Source of the DNA: an uncultured delta proteobacterium
GTDB taxonomy: Bacteria > Myxococcota_A > UBA9160 > SMWR01
Assembly (NCBI GenBank): GCA_963832165.1
Contig: CAWHTE010000007.1
Location: 640,001-704,000, forward strand
Direction of reading: 5' to 3'
Length of the DNA stretch: 64,000 bases
The notes under the pieces were generated by a model. That model searched no databases, was not told the DNA's origin, and was given only the letters and a program-made list of their open reading frames with translations. Position numbers and translations under genes: made by a program. Positions 9,594 through 19,195 of the stretch are shown piece by piece (within the stretch, counting starts at the first letter, position 1; every line of letters starts with the position of its first letter).

Positions 9594-10261
9594 TCAGCGC
9601 TGCCCTTGCTCAGCGCCGCGAGCACGTCGGGCGGGAAGTTCACCTGCATTGCGAGCGCAAAGGCCTCGCGCGCGCTCGCGTGGGTGCGATAGGCGAGCAG
9701 CCGGTCCGCGAGTGGAATCGACAGGAACTGCGCCCAGGCGAGGCACGAGACGAGCAGGATGTCGGCGGCCGAGAACGAGTCGCCGAGCACGTAGGGGCGG
9801 CCGTCCGCGAGCCGGCGCTCGATCTCGCTCACCTGGCGCAGGAAGTAATTGCGCGCCGATGCGCAGGCGATCGGCGCCTCGCCATAGATCTCGGGCAGGC
9901 CCTCGTGCCGGCGCACGACGTAGAGCGAGGTCGCGTCGAGCTCCATGAGCGCGAACAGCGCGAGGTCGTCGAACTCTGCGCGCGCGGTGGTACCGCGTTC
10001 GGGCGCGAACCAGCCGCGCTCGCGGTAGCGGTCCGCGAGGTAGAACAGGATCGCTCCGCTCTCGCCGATCCGGACCTCGCCGTCCTCGAAGAACGGAATC
10101 TTGCCGCGCTGGGTCCAGCGCAGGAGCTCCGGGTCGTTCATGCTCTCGGTGCGCGGAATGACCGGGCGCGTCTCGTAGTCGAGGCCGAGCTCGAGCAGCA
10201 TCCAGTGGACGCGCAGCGTGCGCGGCGATCCGATGCCCCAGAGCCTGCGCGCGCCATTCAT
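9590..10261 (-). CDS. Glutathione S-transferase family protein
   Basis: SPRTLRVHWMLLELG, GKIP, ESGAILFYL, FSAADI. Confidence 0.85.
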   Translation of the reverse strand: MNGARRLWGIGSPRTLRVHWMLLELGLDYETRPVIPRTESMNDPELLRWTQRGKIPFFEDGEVRIGESGAILFYLADRYRERGWFAPERGTTARAEFDDLALFALMELDATSLYVVRRHEGLPEIYGEAPIACASARNYFLRQVSEIERRLADGRPYVLGDSFSAADILLVSCLAWAQFLSIPLADRLLAYRTHASAREAFALAMQVNFPPDVLAALSKGSAD

Positions 10262-11439
10262 TGCGACGCCCCCAGTGTACCCGCGTCGCGCAGCGCAGCG
10301 ATTTCGGCGGCCGAGAAGCCGCCCTCGCGCAACACCTCCTCGCTGTGCTCGCCGAGCGTCGGAGCCGGGCGCGAGATCGCCGAAGGAGTCCCGTCGAGCC
10401 GCTCGGCGGGCCGCGGCTGGCGCATGCGCCCGGCCACCGGATGGTCGTCCTCGACGAGGATCTCGTTCGCGCGCACCTGCGCGTTCTCGTGGATGTGGTC
10501 GCGCGTGAGAACGGGACCGCAAGGCACGTCCTCGCGGTCGAGCGCTTCGAGCCACTCCGCGGTCGTGCGGGTCCGGAGCACCTCCGCCATCAGCTCGAGC
10601 CGCGCGGTGGCGTTCGCGACCAGACCCGCCGTGGACTGGAAGCGCGGATCCTCGAGCCACTCCGGCTTGTCGACCGCGCGGCAGAAGCCCTGGAACTCGC
10701 GCAGCGCGACCGTCGAGGCGATCATGTGTCCGTCGCGCGTCGGGAACACGAGATCGCGCCGCGGCACCGGCTTGATCTGCCGCCCCTCGCCGATGAACGT
10801 GTGATAGGCCATTCCCTCGGGCCACACGAACGCGATCACGGCGTCGAGCATCGACAAACGCACGTGCTGTCCCCGGCCCGTGCGCTCGCGCGCGAGCAGT
10901 GCCGCGGTGATGTTCTGCGCCGCAGTCAAAGCGGTGACCTTGTCGGGTACGATCACGCGCACGAGCCCGGGCGGGCCGGTTCCGGCGCCCTGGATGTCAC
11001 ACAGGCCCGACATCCCCTGCACGATCGGGTCGTACACGCGCTTGTGCGCGTAGGGGCCGGTCTCGCCGAAGCCGCTGATCGAGACGTAGACGAGGCGGGG
11101 ATTGCGCTCGCGCAGCTGCCTCTCACCGATCCCGATCCGATCCATCGTGCCGGGCCGGCTGTTCTGCACGAAGACGTCCGCGTCCGCGGCCAGGCGCAGG
11201 AGCGCCTCGGCCCCGCCGCTCTTCTTCAAGTCGAGCACGAGCGAGCGCTTGCTGCGGTTCACGGTGGCGAACGTGGGCGAGAGCCCCGCGACTCCGCCCA
11301 TGTGGCGCAGGATGTCGCCCGAAGGCGGCTCGACCTTGATCACGTCGGCGCCCTGGTCGGCCAGCACGCGCGTCGCGAGCGGACCCGCGATCACCTGGCT
11401 GAAATCGATCACGCGGAAGCCGTCGAGCGCACCGGGCAA
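10258..11439 (-). CDS. Family III CoA transferase (CaiB/BaiF)
   Basis: DFSQVIAGP, GADVIKVEP, NRSKRS, YDPIVQ; GGAGG RBS, TTG start. Confidence 0.9.
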   Translation of the reverse strand: MPGALDGFRVIDFSQVIAGPLATRVLADQGADVIKVEPPSGDILRHMGGVAGLSPTFATVNRSKRSLVLDLKKSGGAEALLRLAADADVFVQNSRPGTMDRIGIGERQLRERNPRLVYVSISGFGETGPYAHKRVYDPIVQGMSGLCDIQGAGTGPPGLVRVIVPDKVTALTAAQNITAALLARERTGRGQHVRLSMLDAVIAFVWPEGMAYHTFIGEGRQIKPVPRRDLVFPTRDGHMIASTVALREFQGFCRAVDKPEWLEDPRFQSTAGLVANATARLELMAEVLRTRTTAEWLEALDREDVPCGPVLTRDHIHENAQVRANEILVEDDHPVAGRMRQPRPAERLDGTPSAISRPAPTLGEHSEEVLREGGFSAAEIAALRDAGTLGASQ

Positions 11440-11479
11440 GGCTGCGTCCTCCCGGGCAGCATTCTACCCTCGCGCACCC

Positions 11480-11827
11480 ATGGAAGAGCAGCGTGAACCG
11501 CGCGGGGTCCACAACCCGCGCGTGATCGATCTGATCTCGCCCGACCGGGCGAGCGGGGAAGTCGTGCTCGTGATGCTCGAAGAGCGCCCGTGGCAGAGCG
11601 ATCCCGAGCAGCTGCGCCAGCTCGAGGCGAAGTTCAACGCCTACCTCGAGTACGCGCTGGGCGGACACCTCGCGAAGCAGTACCCGCAATACGCGGAGCG
11701 GCCCGTGCGCTTCCAGCTCGAGTGCGTGGAGAACCCACGCCCCGGCGACAACGCGTTCTTCACCGCGATGGCGAATTTCGCGGCGGCCGAGAACATCCGC
11801 TTCGTCGTGCAGGTGATGCAGCGCTAA
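11480..11827 (+). CDS. Hypothetical protein (DUF6572-like)
   Basis: GVHNPRVIDLI...LEAKFNAYL...G.L...YP pattern; normal codon bias. Confidence 0.55.
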   Translation: MEEQREPRGVHNPRVIDLISPDRASGEVVLVMLEERPWQSDPEQLRQLEAKFNAYLEYALGGHLAKQYPQYAERPVRFQLECVENPRPGDNAFFTAMANFAAAENIRFVVQVMQR

Positions 11828-13011
11828 TCGCCGCGCGCGAGCTCCAGCACGATCTCGAGCGCCGACCACAGGTCCTCTTCCGGGATGTTGAGCGCCGGAA
11901 AGAAGCGCACGACGTTGCCCGCGGTGACGTTCACGAGCACGCCGCGCTCGATCGCCTGGGCCGGCAGCGCTGCCGCGCGCTCGGGGTCGCGCAGCACGAG
12001 CGCCTGCAGCAGGCCGCGCCCGCGCGCGGTGAGCGCCGTCTCCGGGTTCGCGCTCGCAAACGCGAGCAGCCGCTCCTGCAGGCGCGCACCGAGCTCCGCG
12101 GCGCGCGCGACGAGCTTCTCCTCTTCGACCACGCGCAGCGTCGCGTTCGCGGCCGCACACGCGAGAGGGTTGCCGCCGAACGTGGTGCCGTGGTCGCCCA
12201 GCGAGACGGTGCGCGCCACCGCCTCGCTGCACAGGAACGCGGCCACCGGGAACCCGCCGCCGAGACCCTTGCCGAGCGTCATCACGTCGGGGTCGACGCC
12301 GTCGTGCTCGCACGCGAACCACTTTCCCGTGCGCCCGATCCCCGTCTGCACTTCGTCGAAGATGAGCAACGCACCCGTGGCGTCGCAGATCTCGCGCAGC
12401 CCGCGCAGGTAGTCAGGGTCCGGGACGTTCACGCCGCCCTCGCCCTGCACCGGCTCGACGATGAACGCGGCCACGCTCTTGTCGACGGCGCGCTGCGCCG
12501 CGGCGAGATCGTCGAACGGCACGAGGATCTGCTCGGGCAGGAGCGGCGCGTACGGGTCGCGGTGCTTGGGCGTCCCGATCACCTGGAGCGCGCCGAGCGT
12601 GCGGCCGTGGAACGCGCTGCGCGTCGACACGTACACCTTCCGGCCCGTGGCGCGGTGCGCGAGCTTGAGCGCGCCCTCGACCGCCTCGGTGCCCGAGTTG
12701 GTGAGGAAGGTGCGCGTGATCGGCGCGGGCGCGAGCTCGGCGAGCCGGTCGCACAGGTCGAGCTGCGGCAGCGTGTAGAAGATGTTGGTGGTCTGCATCA
12801 GGCGGCCGGCCTGCTCCGCGATCGCGCGCACGAGCGCGGGGTGGGAATGGCCGATGCAGGTGACGCCCCAGCCCGCCATCAGGTCGATGTATTCCACCCC
12901 GAACACGTCCACCACTCTGGAGCCGCTGCCGCTCGCGAGCGCCACGGGGAAGCGCTTCACCACGGGCAGGAAGTGCGCCGCTTCGCGGGCTCGGATCGCC
13001 TCGAAGTCCAT
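11824..13011 (-). CDS. argD: Acetylornithine aminotransferase (class III PLP)
   Basis: NSGTEAVE, FHGRTLG, EPVQGEGG, DEVQTG, GKGLGGG, HGTTFGGNP; GAGGAG RBS. Confidence 0.85.
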   Translation of the reverse strand: MDFEAIRAREAAHFLPVVKRFPVALASGSGSRVVDVFGVEYIDLMAGWGVTCIGHSHPALVRAIAEQAGRLMQTTNIFYTLPQLDLCDRLAELAPAPITRTFLTNSGTEAVEGALKLAHRATGRKVYVSTRSAFHGRTLGALQVIGTPKHRDPYAPLLPEQILVPFDDLAAAQRAVDKSVAAFIVEPVQGEGGVNVPDPDYLRGLREICDATGALLIFDEVQTGIGRTGKWFACEHDGVDPDVMTLGKGLGGGFPVAAFLCSEAVARTVSLGDHGTTFGGNPLACAAANATLRVVEEEKLVARAAELGARLQERLLAFASANPETALTARGRGLLQALVLRDPERAAALPAQAIERGVLVNVTAGNVVRFFPALNIPEEDLWSALEIVLELARGD

Positions 13012-13046
13012 CGTCTCCTCCAAATCGAGCACGGCACTATACTGAC

Positions 13047-13093
13047 GGCAAGCGGTCCCGCCGCGCGCAGCGAGGCGGAGCCGAGCGGAGATC
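13047..13093 (+). repeat. Short interspersed repeat copy 2, in the folB 5' leader
   Basis: GGCAAG-CGGTCCCGCCG-CGCGCAGCGAGGCGGAGCCGAGCGGAGATC directly after a TATACT -10 at 13038-13043. Confidence 0.75.
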
Positions 13094-13100
13094 ATAAGAC

Positions 13101-13475
13101 TTGCGCGACGTGATCCTGCTCCAGGGCATCCAGGTCCCCGCTGCGCTCGGCGTCACGGCGGCCGAGCGACGCATGCGCCGCCCGGTGCTGCTCGACCTCG
13201 AGATCGCGCGCGACCTGCGCAGCGCGGGCCGCAGCGATTCGATCCGCGACACGATCCACTACAAGCGCGTCTTCGAGATCGTCGAGGAGGTGGCGGGCAA
13301 CCAGCAGCACAAGCTCGTCGAGGCGCTGGGCGACCGGATCGCGTGCGCCGTGCTCGCGAAGTTCGCCGCCGACGAGGTGGTGGTGACGGTGCGCAAGCCC
13401 ACCCCGATCGCGGGCGTGCTCCAGTACGCCGGGGTCCGCGTAGCCCGCACGCGGGCGGACCTGGACCGGGACTAG
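13101..13475 (+). CDS. folB: Dihydroneopterin aldolase
   Basis: GVTAAER, DSIRDTIHY, KLVEAL, VRKP. Confidence 0.85.
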   Translation: MRDVILLQGIQVPAALGVTAAERRMRRPVLLDLEIARDLRSAGRSDSIRDTIHYKRVFEIVEEVAGNQQHKLVEALGDRIACAVLAKFAADEVVVTVRKPTPIAGVLQYAGVRVARTRADLDRD

Positions 13476-13477
13476 GG

Positions 13478-13576
13478 GCGCAAGGAGGCCGACAGAGTCG
13501 GCCGACGCGCAGCGAGGCGAAGCCGAGCGAAGGCCGGAGCCCGAACGCGAGCGAGCAGCGAGCGCGTAGGCCCGGC
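13478..13576 (+). repeat. Short interspersed repeat copy 3 plus a second hairpin, 3' of folB
   Basis: GCGCAAG-GAGGCCGACAGAGTCGGCCGA-CGCGCAGCGAGGCGAAGCCGAGCGAAG, then a GCCGG...CCGGC stem. Confidence 0.75.
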
Positions 13577-13671
13577 AAGACTGGCGACACAGCGTCAACC
13601 AATCGGAACCTATCGGGCGCAGATCAGGGTGATATAGTCGAAGATCGCGCCCACTGGTTGACAGTACCTCC

Positions 13672-14880
13672 ATGCCCGAGCCCCACCCCGAAAGCCCGCC
13701 GACCCGCGCCGAGGCGGAGCGCATCGTCGCGCGCGCGGTCGACGAGGGCCGGCTCGAGCGCGCACCCGCGGAGCGGCTCGCGGCCGGGCTCGGCGAACCG
13801 GGCGTGCACGCGACGATCCTCGCCGGCGCGGCCGAGAGCAAGCGCCGCGGCAAGGGAGACGTCGTCAGCGTCTCGCGCAACATCTTCATCCCGCTCACCA
13901 ATCTGTGCCGCGACCGCTGCTCCTACTGCACGTTCGCGAAGCAGCCCGGCGACCCGTCCGCGAAGACCTACACGCTCGCGGAGGTGGAGCACGCGGTGGA
14001 CGGCGCGCTGCGGGCGGGCTGCACCGAGGCGTTGTTCTGCCTCGGCGACAAGCCCGAGATCGCCTATCGCAGCCACCGCGACTGGCTCGCTGCGCGCGGG
14101 CTCTCGACCACCGCCGAGTATCTGGTCCAGGCGTGCGAGCTCGCGTTCGCGCGCGGAATCCTGCCGCATAGCAACGCGGGCATCCTATCCGCGGGCGAGA
14201 TGGAGAAGCTGCGCAAGAGCAACGCCTCGCTCGGGCTCATGCTCGAGAGCACGAGTCAACGCCTGCGCGAGAAGGGTCAGGCGCACTACTACTGCCCCGA
14301 CAAGGACCCGGTCGTTCGCCTTCGCATGCACGCGGAGGCCGGCGAGCTGCGGATTCCGTTCACGAGCGGGATCCTGCTCGGGATCGGCGAGAACGACGCC
14401 GAGCGCATCGATACGATCCTCGCGATCCGGGATCTCGACGACCGCTACGGACACATCCAGGAAGTGATCGTGCAGCCGTTCCACCCGAAGCCCGGCACGC
14501 CGATGCAGGGCGTCGCGGCGATCTCGGACGCGCAGGTCGCGGGCTGGGTTGCGCTCGCGCGCCTGCTTCTCGGGCCCAAGATGAACGTGCAGGCGCCACC
14601 GAACCTCGCACCGAACCTGCTCGAGCTCCTGCTGCGCGCGGGCGTGAACGATTGGGGCGGTGTCTCGCCGCTCACGATCGATTTCATCAACCCCGAGGCG
14701 CCGTGGCCGGCGCTGCGCGACCTGCGCCGCCGCACCGAGGCGGCCGGCCAGCGCCTCGTCGAACGGCTGCCCGTCTATCCCGAGCATCTGCTCGGACATC
14801 CCGAACTCTTCGACCCGCGCGTGCGCGATGCCGCGCTCGCACTCGTGGACGACGCGGGCTGGGTGGAGGTGAGCGCATGA
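13672..14880 (+). CDS. cofG: FO synthase subunit 1 (radical SAM)
   Basis: FIPLTNLCRDRCSYCTF, EALFCLGDKPE, PFTSGILLGIGE, QAPPNL, NDWGGVSPLTIDFINPE. Confidence 0.9.
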   Translation: MPEPHPESPPTRAEAERIVARAVDEGRLERAPAERLAAGLGEPGVHATILAGAAESKRRGKGDVVSVSRNIFIPLTNLCRDRCSYCTFAKQPGDPSAKTYTLAEVEHAVDGALRAGCTEALFCLGDKPEIAYRSHRDWLAARGLSTTAEYLVQACELAFARGILPHSNAGILSAGEMEKLRKSNASLGLMLESTSQRLREKGQAHYYCPDKDPVVRLRMHAEAGELRIPFTSGILLGIGENDAERIDTILAIRDLDDRYGHIQEVIVQPFHPKPGTPMQGVAAISDAQVAGWVALARLLLGPKMNVQAPPNLAPNLLELLLRAGVNDWGGVSPLTIDFINPEAPWPALRDLRRRTEAAGQRLVERLPVYPEHLLGHPELFDPRVRDAALALVDDAGWVEVSA

Positions 14881-16127
14881 TCGAACGACTGCTCGCGAGG
14901 ACGAGCCCCGCGATTGCCGCGGTGCTCGACCGCGCGCTCGACGGCCACGAACTTTCCGAGAGCGACGCGATCGCGCTATTGGGCGCGAACGGCACCGATC
15001 TGCACGCGCTGATCGCGGCCGCCGACGCCGCGCGCGCGCTCGACAAGGGCGACGACGTCTCTTTCGTGATCTGCCGCAACATCAACTTCACCAACGTCTG
15101 CTACGTGGGCTGCACGTTCTGCGGCTTCTCGCGCCACGAGGACGAGACCGACGCCTACGACCACCCGATGGAGAAGCTCGTCGCGAAGGCGCGCGACGCG
15201 GTGGCGCGCGGTGCTACCGAGGTGTGCATCCAGGGCGGCATCCACCCGCGCAAGGACCACACCCACTACCGCGACATCCTCGTCGCGCTCAAGCGCGAGT
15301 TCCCAAAGCTGCACATCCACGCCTTCTCGCCCGAGGAAATCCATTTCGCGCACCAGAAGTCGGGCATGCCGCTCAAGGAGCTGCTCGCGTGGCTCGTCGA
15401 TGCCGGGCTCGGCACGATGCCGGGCACCGCAGCCGAGATCCTCGACGACGAGATCCGCAAGATCATCAGCCCCAACAAGCTGCGCCGCGATCGCTGGGTG
15501 GAGATCGTCACGGCCGCGCACGAGATCGGTCTGCGCTCGACCTCGACGATCATGTACGGCCACATCGAAGAGGCGCGCCACATCGCTGCGCACCTGGCAC
15601 TGATCCGCAGCATCCAGAAGCGCACGGGCGGCTTCACCGAATTCGTTCCGCTCGGCTTCATCCACGAGAAGAACGTGCTCTTCAACCACATGCGCGCGCG
15701 CCCGGGCGCGTCGATGACCGAGGATCTGCGCCTGATCGCGGTCTCGCGGCTGTTCCTGCGCCCGTGGATCCAGAACGTGCAGATGTCGTGGGTGAAGATG
15801 GGTCCGAAGGTCGCGCAGATGGCGCTGCTCTCGGGCGCCAACGATTTCGGCGGGACGCTCATGGAGGAATCGATCAGCCGCGAGTCGGGCGCCGACTTCG
15901 GCGAGAATATGCCCGCCGAGGAGATGCGCCGGCTGATCCGCGAGGTGGGCCGCACGCCGGTGCAGCGAAGCACCACCTACGAGATCCTCGCGCGTTACGA
16001 GGATCCCGAGAAGGACCCGCCGTCGCTGGAGCCCGTGGTGGCACGCGAGCTCTCGGGCCCGACGCGCTGGCGCCTCGCGCAGGAGCGCTTTGCCGCCAAG
16101 GCGGCGCAGGTCGCCCGCACTTCGTAG
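14877..16127 (+). CDS. cofH: FO synthase subunit 2 (radical SAM)
   Basis: NINFTNVCYVGCTFCGF, PGTAAEILDD, STIMYGHIE, QMSWVKMG, GANDFGGTLMEESISR; ATGA overlap with cofG. Confidence 0.9.
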   Translation: MIERLLARTSPAIAAVLDRALDGHELSESDAIALLGANGTDLHALIAAADAARALDKGDDVSFVICRNINFTNVCYVGCTFCGFSRHEDETDAYDHPMEKLVAKARDAVARGATEVCIQGGIHPRKDHTHYRDILVALKREFPKLHIHAFSPEEIHFAHQKSGMPLKELLAWLVDAGLGTMPGTAAEILDDEIRKIISPNKLRRDRWVEIVTAAHEIGLRSTSTIMYGHIEEARHIAAHLALIRSIQKRTGGFTEFVPLGFIHEKNVLFNHMRARPGASMTEDLRLIAVSRLFLRPWIQNVQMSWVKMGPKVAQMALLSGANDFGGTLMEESISRESGADFGENMPAEEMRRLIREVGRTPVQRSTTYEILARYEDPEKDPPSLEPVVARELSGPTRWRLAQERFAAKAAQVARTS

Positions 16128-16133
16128 GCGCTC

Positions 16134-16760
16134 GTGTCCGCACCGGACGCGCTTCCGCGCGAGTGGTTCGATCGGGTCGATGCTTCGCCCGATCCGCTGT
16201 TCTACGCCCTGCCGCGGCTCGTGAACCACATCGACGACGCGACGATCGCAGCGCTCACCGACTACTACCGCGAGGTGCTCCCGCCAGGCGGTGCCATCCT
16301 CGACCTGATGTCCTCGTGGGTGTCGCACCTGCCCGCCGACGTGGTGTTTGCGCGCGTGGCCGGGCTCGGGATGAACCGCGAGGAGCTCGCCGCGAACCCG
16401 CGCCTCACCGAATCCTGCGTGCACGATCTCAACGCGCACCCCGAGCTGCCCTATCCGTCCGAATCGTTCGACGCGGTGTTGAATGCGGTCTCGATCCAGT
16501 ACCTGATCCACCCCGTTGCGGTGCTCGCCGAGGTGCGGCGTGTGCTGCGTCCCGGTGGGATCTCGATCGTCGCGATGTCGCATCGCTGCTTTCCGACGAA
16601 GGCCGTGCGCGCGTTCCACGTGCTGCCTCGCGATGGGCGCTTCGAGCTCGTGGCCACCTACCACGCGCTCGCGGGCGGATTCGAAGAACCCGCACGCGCA
16701 GATCGTTCACCCGCGGGCGCCGATCCGCTCTGGATCGTCGCATCGCACCGGCGGGGCTGA
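16134..16760 (+). CDS. Class I SAM-dependent methyltransferase (type 11)
   Basis: FYALPRLVNHID, LDLMSSWVSHLP, GLGMN, RCFPTKA. Confidence 0.8.
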   Translation: MSAPDALPREWFDRVDASPDPLFYALPRLVNHIDDATIAALTDYYREVLPPGGAILDLMSSWVSHLPADVVFARVAGLGMNREELAANPRLTESCVHDLNAHPELPYPSESFDAVLNAVSIQYLIHPVAVLAEVRRVLRPGGISIVAMSHRCFPTKAVRAFHVLPRDGRFELVATYHALAGGFEEPARADRSPAGADPLWIVASHRRG

Positions 16761-16912
16761 ACGCGCATCTCGGATGCAGGTCGCGGCAGCGGCGCTGCAT
16801 CGAAGAACTTTTTCGACTCGACGCGCGGATTTCACTGAACTCCCGCCGCGACGTCACCGATGCTCCACGGCGCCTGCCGATGCTCCCGGCAGACCCACCG
16901 CAGGAGTGAGCC

Positions 16913-17113
16913 ATGAGCCGGTATCCGATACGGGCACGCGTCGAGATCCGCCGCCGTCAGCGCGGCTACTGCGTCGAGGGCCCGGGCTTCTACGTGTGGG
17001 AGGAGGATCTCGTCGAAGCGTCGCGCCTCGCGCGCGACCTCGCGCGCGGGGTCGGCTGCGAGCTGTCCGCGCACCTGTTTGCGAGCACCACGCCGATCGA
17101 CTCCGTCGAGTGA
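16913..17113 (+). CDS. Small hypothetical protein (66 aa)
   Basis: CAGGAG RBS; fills the gap before a terminator; GC3-rich codons. Confidence 0.55.
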   Translation: MSRYPIRARVEIRRRQRGYCVEGPGFYVWEEDLVEASRLARDLARGVGCELSAHLFASTTPIDSVE

Positions 17114-17119
17114 GCGCCC

Positions 17120-17161
17120 AAAGAAAAAGCCGCGGGGCCCGCTCTCGCGAACTCCGCGGCT
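17120..17161 (-). terminator. Rho-independent terminator of the RRM gene
   Basis: AGCCGCGGAGTTCGC-GAGA-GCGGGCCCCGCGGCT followed by TTTTCTTT on the minus strand. Confidence 0.85.
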
Positions 17162-17203
17162 CGAACCCGGTGGGTTCACCACCGGATGAATCTGGGTCGG
17201 GGC

Positions 17204-17509
17204 CTACCAGCGGCCGCGGCCGCCGCCTCCCCCCCCACCACCGCCGCCGCCACCGCCACCACCGCGGCGGCGATCCTGGGCTTCGTTGACACGCAGCGGG
17301 CGTCCGCCCATGTCACGTCCGTTCAGCTGATTGATCGCCTTATCGGCGTCCCCATCGTCCATTTCCACGAAGCCGAATCCGCGCGAGCGGCCGGTTTCGC
17401 GGTCGGTGATCACAGCCACCGAGTGGACCTCCCCTACGGTGGAAAAGAAATCCCGGAGGTCCTGATCGGAGGCGCCCCAGGGGAGGTTGCCGACATAGAT
17501 CTTCTTCAC
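17204..17509 (-). CDS. RRM RNA-binding protein with Gly-rich tail
   Basis: RNP2 IYVGNL, RNP1 RGFGFVEM, poly-Gly C-terminus. Confidence 0.95.
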   Translation of the reverse strand: MKKIYVGNLPWGASDQDLRDFFSTVGEVHSVAVITDRETGRSRGFGFVEMDDGDADKAINQLNGRDMGGRPLRVNEAQDRRRGGGGGGGGGGGGGGGRGRW

Positions 17510-17804
17510 TTGATTATCCCGCTCACTGCCCGGGACATCCTCCCGAGTGTGACATGAGTCGCGACCAGACCTCGAAGCCTCAGTTACAGAACTAACGAAA
17601 CGGGGAGCCGGACACGCGACGGTGTAATTCCCGGGCTCGAACCCGAATCCCGAGAGCTTCGAAACCCTGAGATACTCGCAATGCGGGCAGCAGCGTTCCC
17701 AAGCGGCGAAATCCTAGAGAGCCGCGCTCGGACGCGCCACCACCCCCCATGGAAGCCCTTCGGAGCGGAAAAATCGCGCCGCAAAAGATGCGACCTTGCG
17801 CGCG

Positions 17805-18233
17805 CTACGCGGAGCGAGTCCCGTCGATACTCCAGATGCCCGCACCGCGCGCGGAGATCAACAGGAACGCGAAGCAGTACAAGATCGCGAGCTCGCCTTG
17901 ATTGATGCTCGGGAACAGCGCGATCCAGCCGCCGCCCTGGTCGGGCGGCGCCATGAAGCGAAGTCCGTGCGCCATCCAGTACGCGGCGGCCATCAGGCCG
18001 CTGCACAGGAACGCGGCCCAGCTCGTGAACAATCCGATCATCACGAGAGCGCCGCCGATCATCTCGATCGGCCCGGCCACGTACAGCACGTGCACGGGCG
18101 GGTTGAACTCGGGCGGAATCGGCACGGGGAACCCGAACAATTTCTGGGTTCCGTGCCACAGGAACAGCAGGCCCGTCACGATGCGAAACGCCGCATACGC
18201 CTGCGACTCGAACGGACGCATGAAACCCGCCAT
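17805..18233 (-). CDS. DoxX family membrane protein
   Basis: RIVTGLLFLWHGTQKLFG, SGLMAAAYWMAH, GAGIWSID; GGAGG RBS. Confidence 0.85.
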   Translation of the reverse strand: MAGFMRPFESQAYAAFRIVTGLLFLWHGTQKLFGFPVPIPPEFNPPVHVLYVAGPIEMIGGALVMIGLFTSWAAFLCSGLMAAAYWMAHGLRFMAPPDQGGGWIALFPSINQGELAILYCFAFLLISARGAGIWSIDGTRSA

Positions 18234-18310
18234 TGGCAAACCTCCGGGTGCACGCCCGCGAGCCGGGCGCGAGTTCGGCCGGAGTGTAGCGGCGCAGTGC
18301 GCCCTCACCG

Positions 18311-18685
18311 CTAGCTTTCGAACAAGCTCCGCACGAGCGTGGCCGCGTACTGCACGTGGTAGAGCAGCACGAGGTAGTAGGCCACGAACGCGATAAAGAT
18401 CGACACGACCGCGGTCGCGTGGTTGCGCTTCTGCCAGAGCAGCCACGACCCCATCCCCACGAGGCCGAGTTTCACGGCGATGAAGGCGAGCGCGTGGTTT
18501 TCGACGAGCCGGTCGATCATGAGGTTCGCCTCGCGGGCGAAGCCAAAGCGCACCCAGATGAGCGTGAAGACCGCATCGAGCAGGTTCAGAACGAGCACGG
18601 TCTTCACGATCCCGTGCAGCCAGCGAAAGTGCTGGGGCGTCCCGACCTGGAGCCGGAGCAGCGCGGAGGGTGTGGACGGGCCCAT
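18311..18685 (-). CDS. Membrane protein (DUF5658-like)
   Basis: LNLLDAVFTL...EAN.M...K pattern, several TM segments. Confidence 0.65.
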   Translation of the reverse strand: MGPSTPSALLRLQVGTPQHFRWLHGIVKTVLVLNLLDAVFTLIWVRFGFAREANLMIDRLVENHALAFIAVKLGLVGMGSWLLWQKRNHATAVVSIFIAFVAYYLVLLYHVQYAATLVRSLFES

Positions 18686-18735
18686 TCCGCTGGTATCGGA
18701 GCGCGCCCGGCCGGGATTGAGCGAGACCGCGAGTG

Positions 18736-19125
18736 CTAGCGGGAGAAGAACCCCCAGATCAGCATCACGGCCGCGATCAGCGTCACGAGCGTGGTGACGC
18801 CCGCGCCGAGCCCGCGCAGCGGGTTGCGCACGTTGTCGTGCCGCAGACCGATCGGATGCGCGATCCGGGCGACCACGAGGGCTATGCCGAGGCCGTGCAA
18901 CAGCCCCGCCGAGCAGCCGTTCAGCTCCAGCGCGGCGAGCAGGATCAGCGCGAGCGGAACCGACTCGGTGAAGTTGCCGTGCCGTCGGACCGCCGTCGCG
19001 AGCACCATGTTCTCGCCGTGCAGGATCGAGATGCCCGTGCGCAGCCGGATCGGGCCGATCACGCCGCCGAGCGTGATCGCGATCAGCGCCAGGATTCCCG
19101 CGTAGAGGGCAGTGATGGGTATCAA
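18736..19125 (-). CDS. MAPEG family protein
   Basis: ITALYAGILAL, RRHGNFTE, ARIAH; GAGGAG RBS before TTG. Confidence 0.8.
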   Translation of the reverse strand: MIPITALYAGILALIAITLGGVIGPIRLRTGISILHGENMVLATAVRRHGNFTESVPLALILLAALELNGCSAGLLHGLGIALVVARIAHPIGLRHDNVRNPLRGLGAGVTTLVTLIAAVMLIWGFFSR

Positions 19126-19195
19126 GGGGCTCCTCCTCGAATGAGGGCCGCATTGGAGCAGAATTCGCCCGGATCGGGGAGTAGTTTCTAGGGCG

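Noticed and set aside
17213..17265. (CCG/CCA)n low-complexity tract
   Set aside because: It simply encodes the poly-Gly tail of the RRM protein.
17620..17665. tRNA-like GGTTCGAGCC (T-loop) on the minus strand, also at ~17158
   Set aside because: The T-stem does not pair beyond 2 bp and I can build no acceptor, D or anticodon arms.
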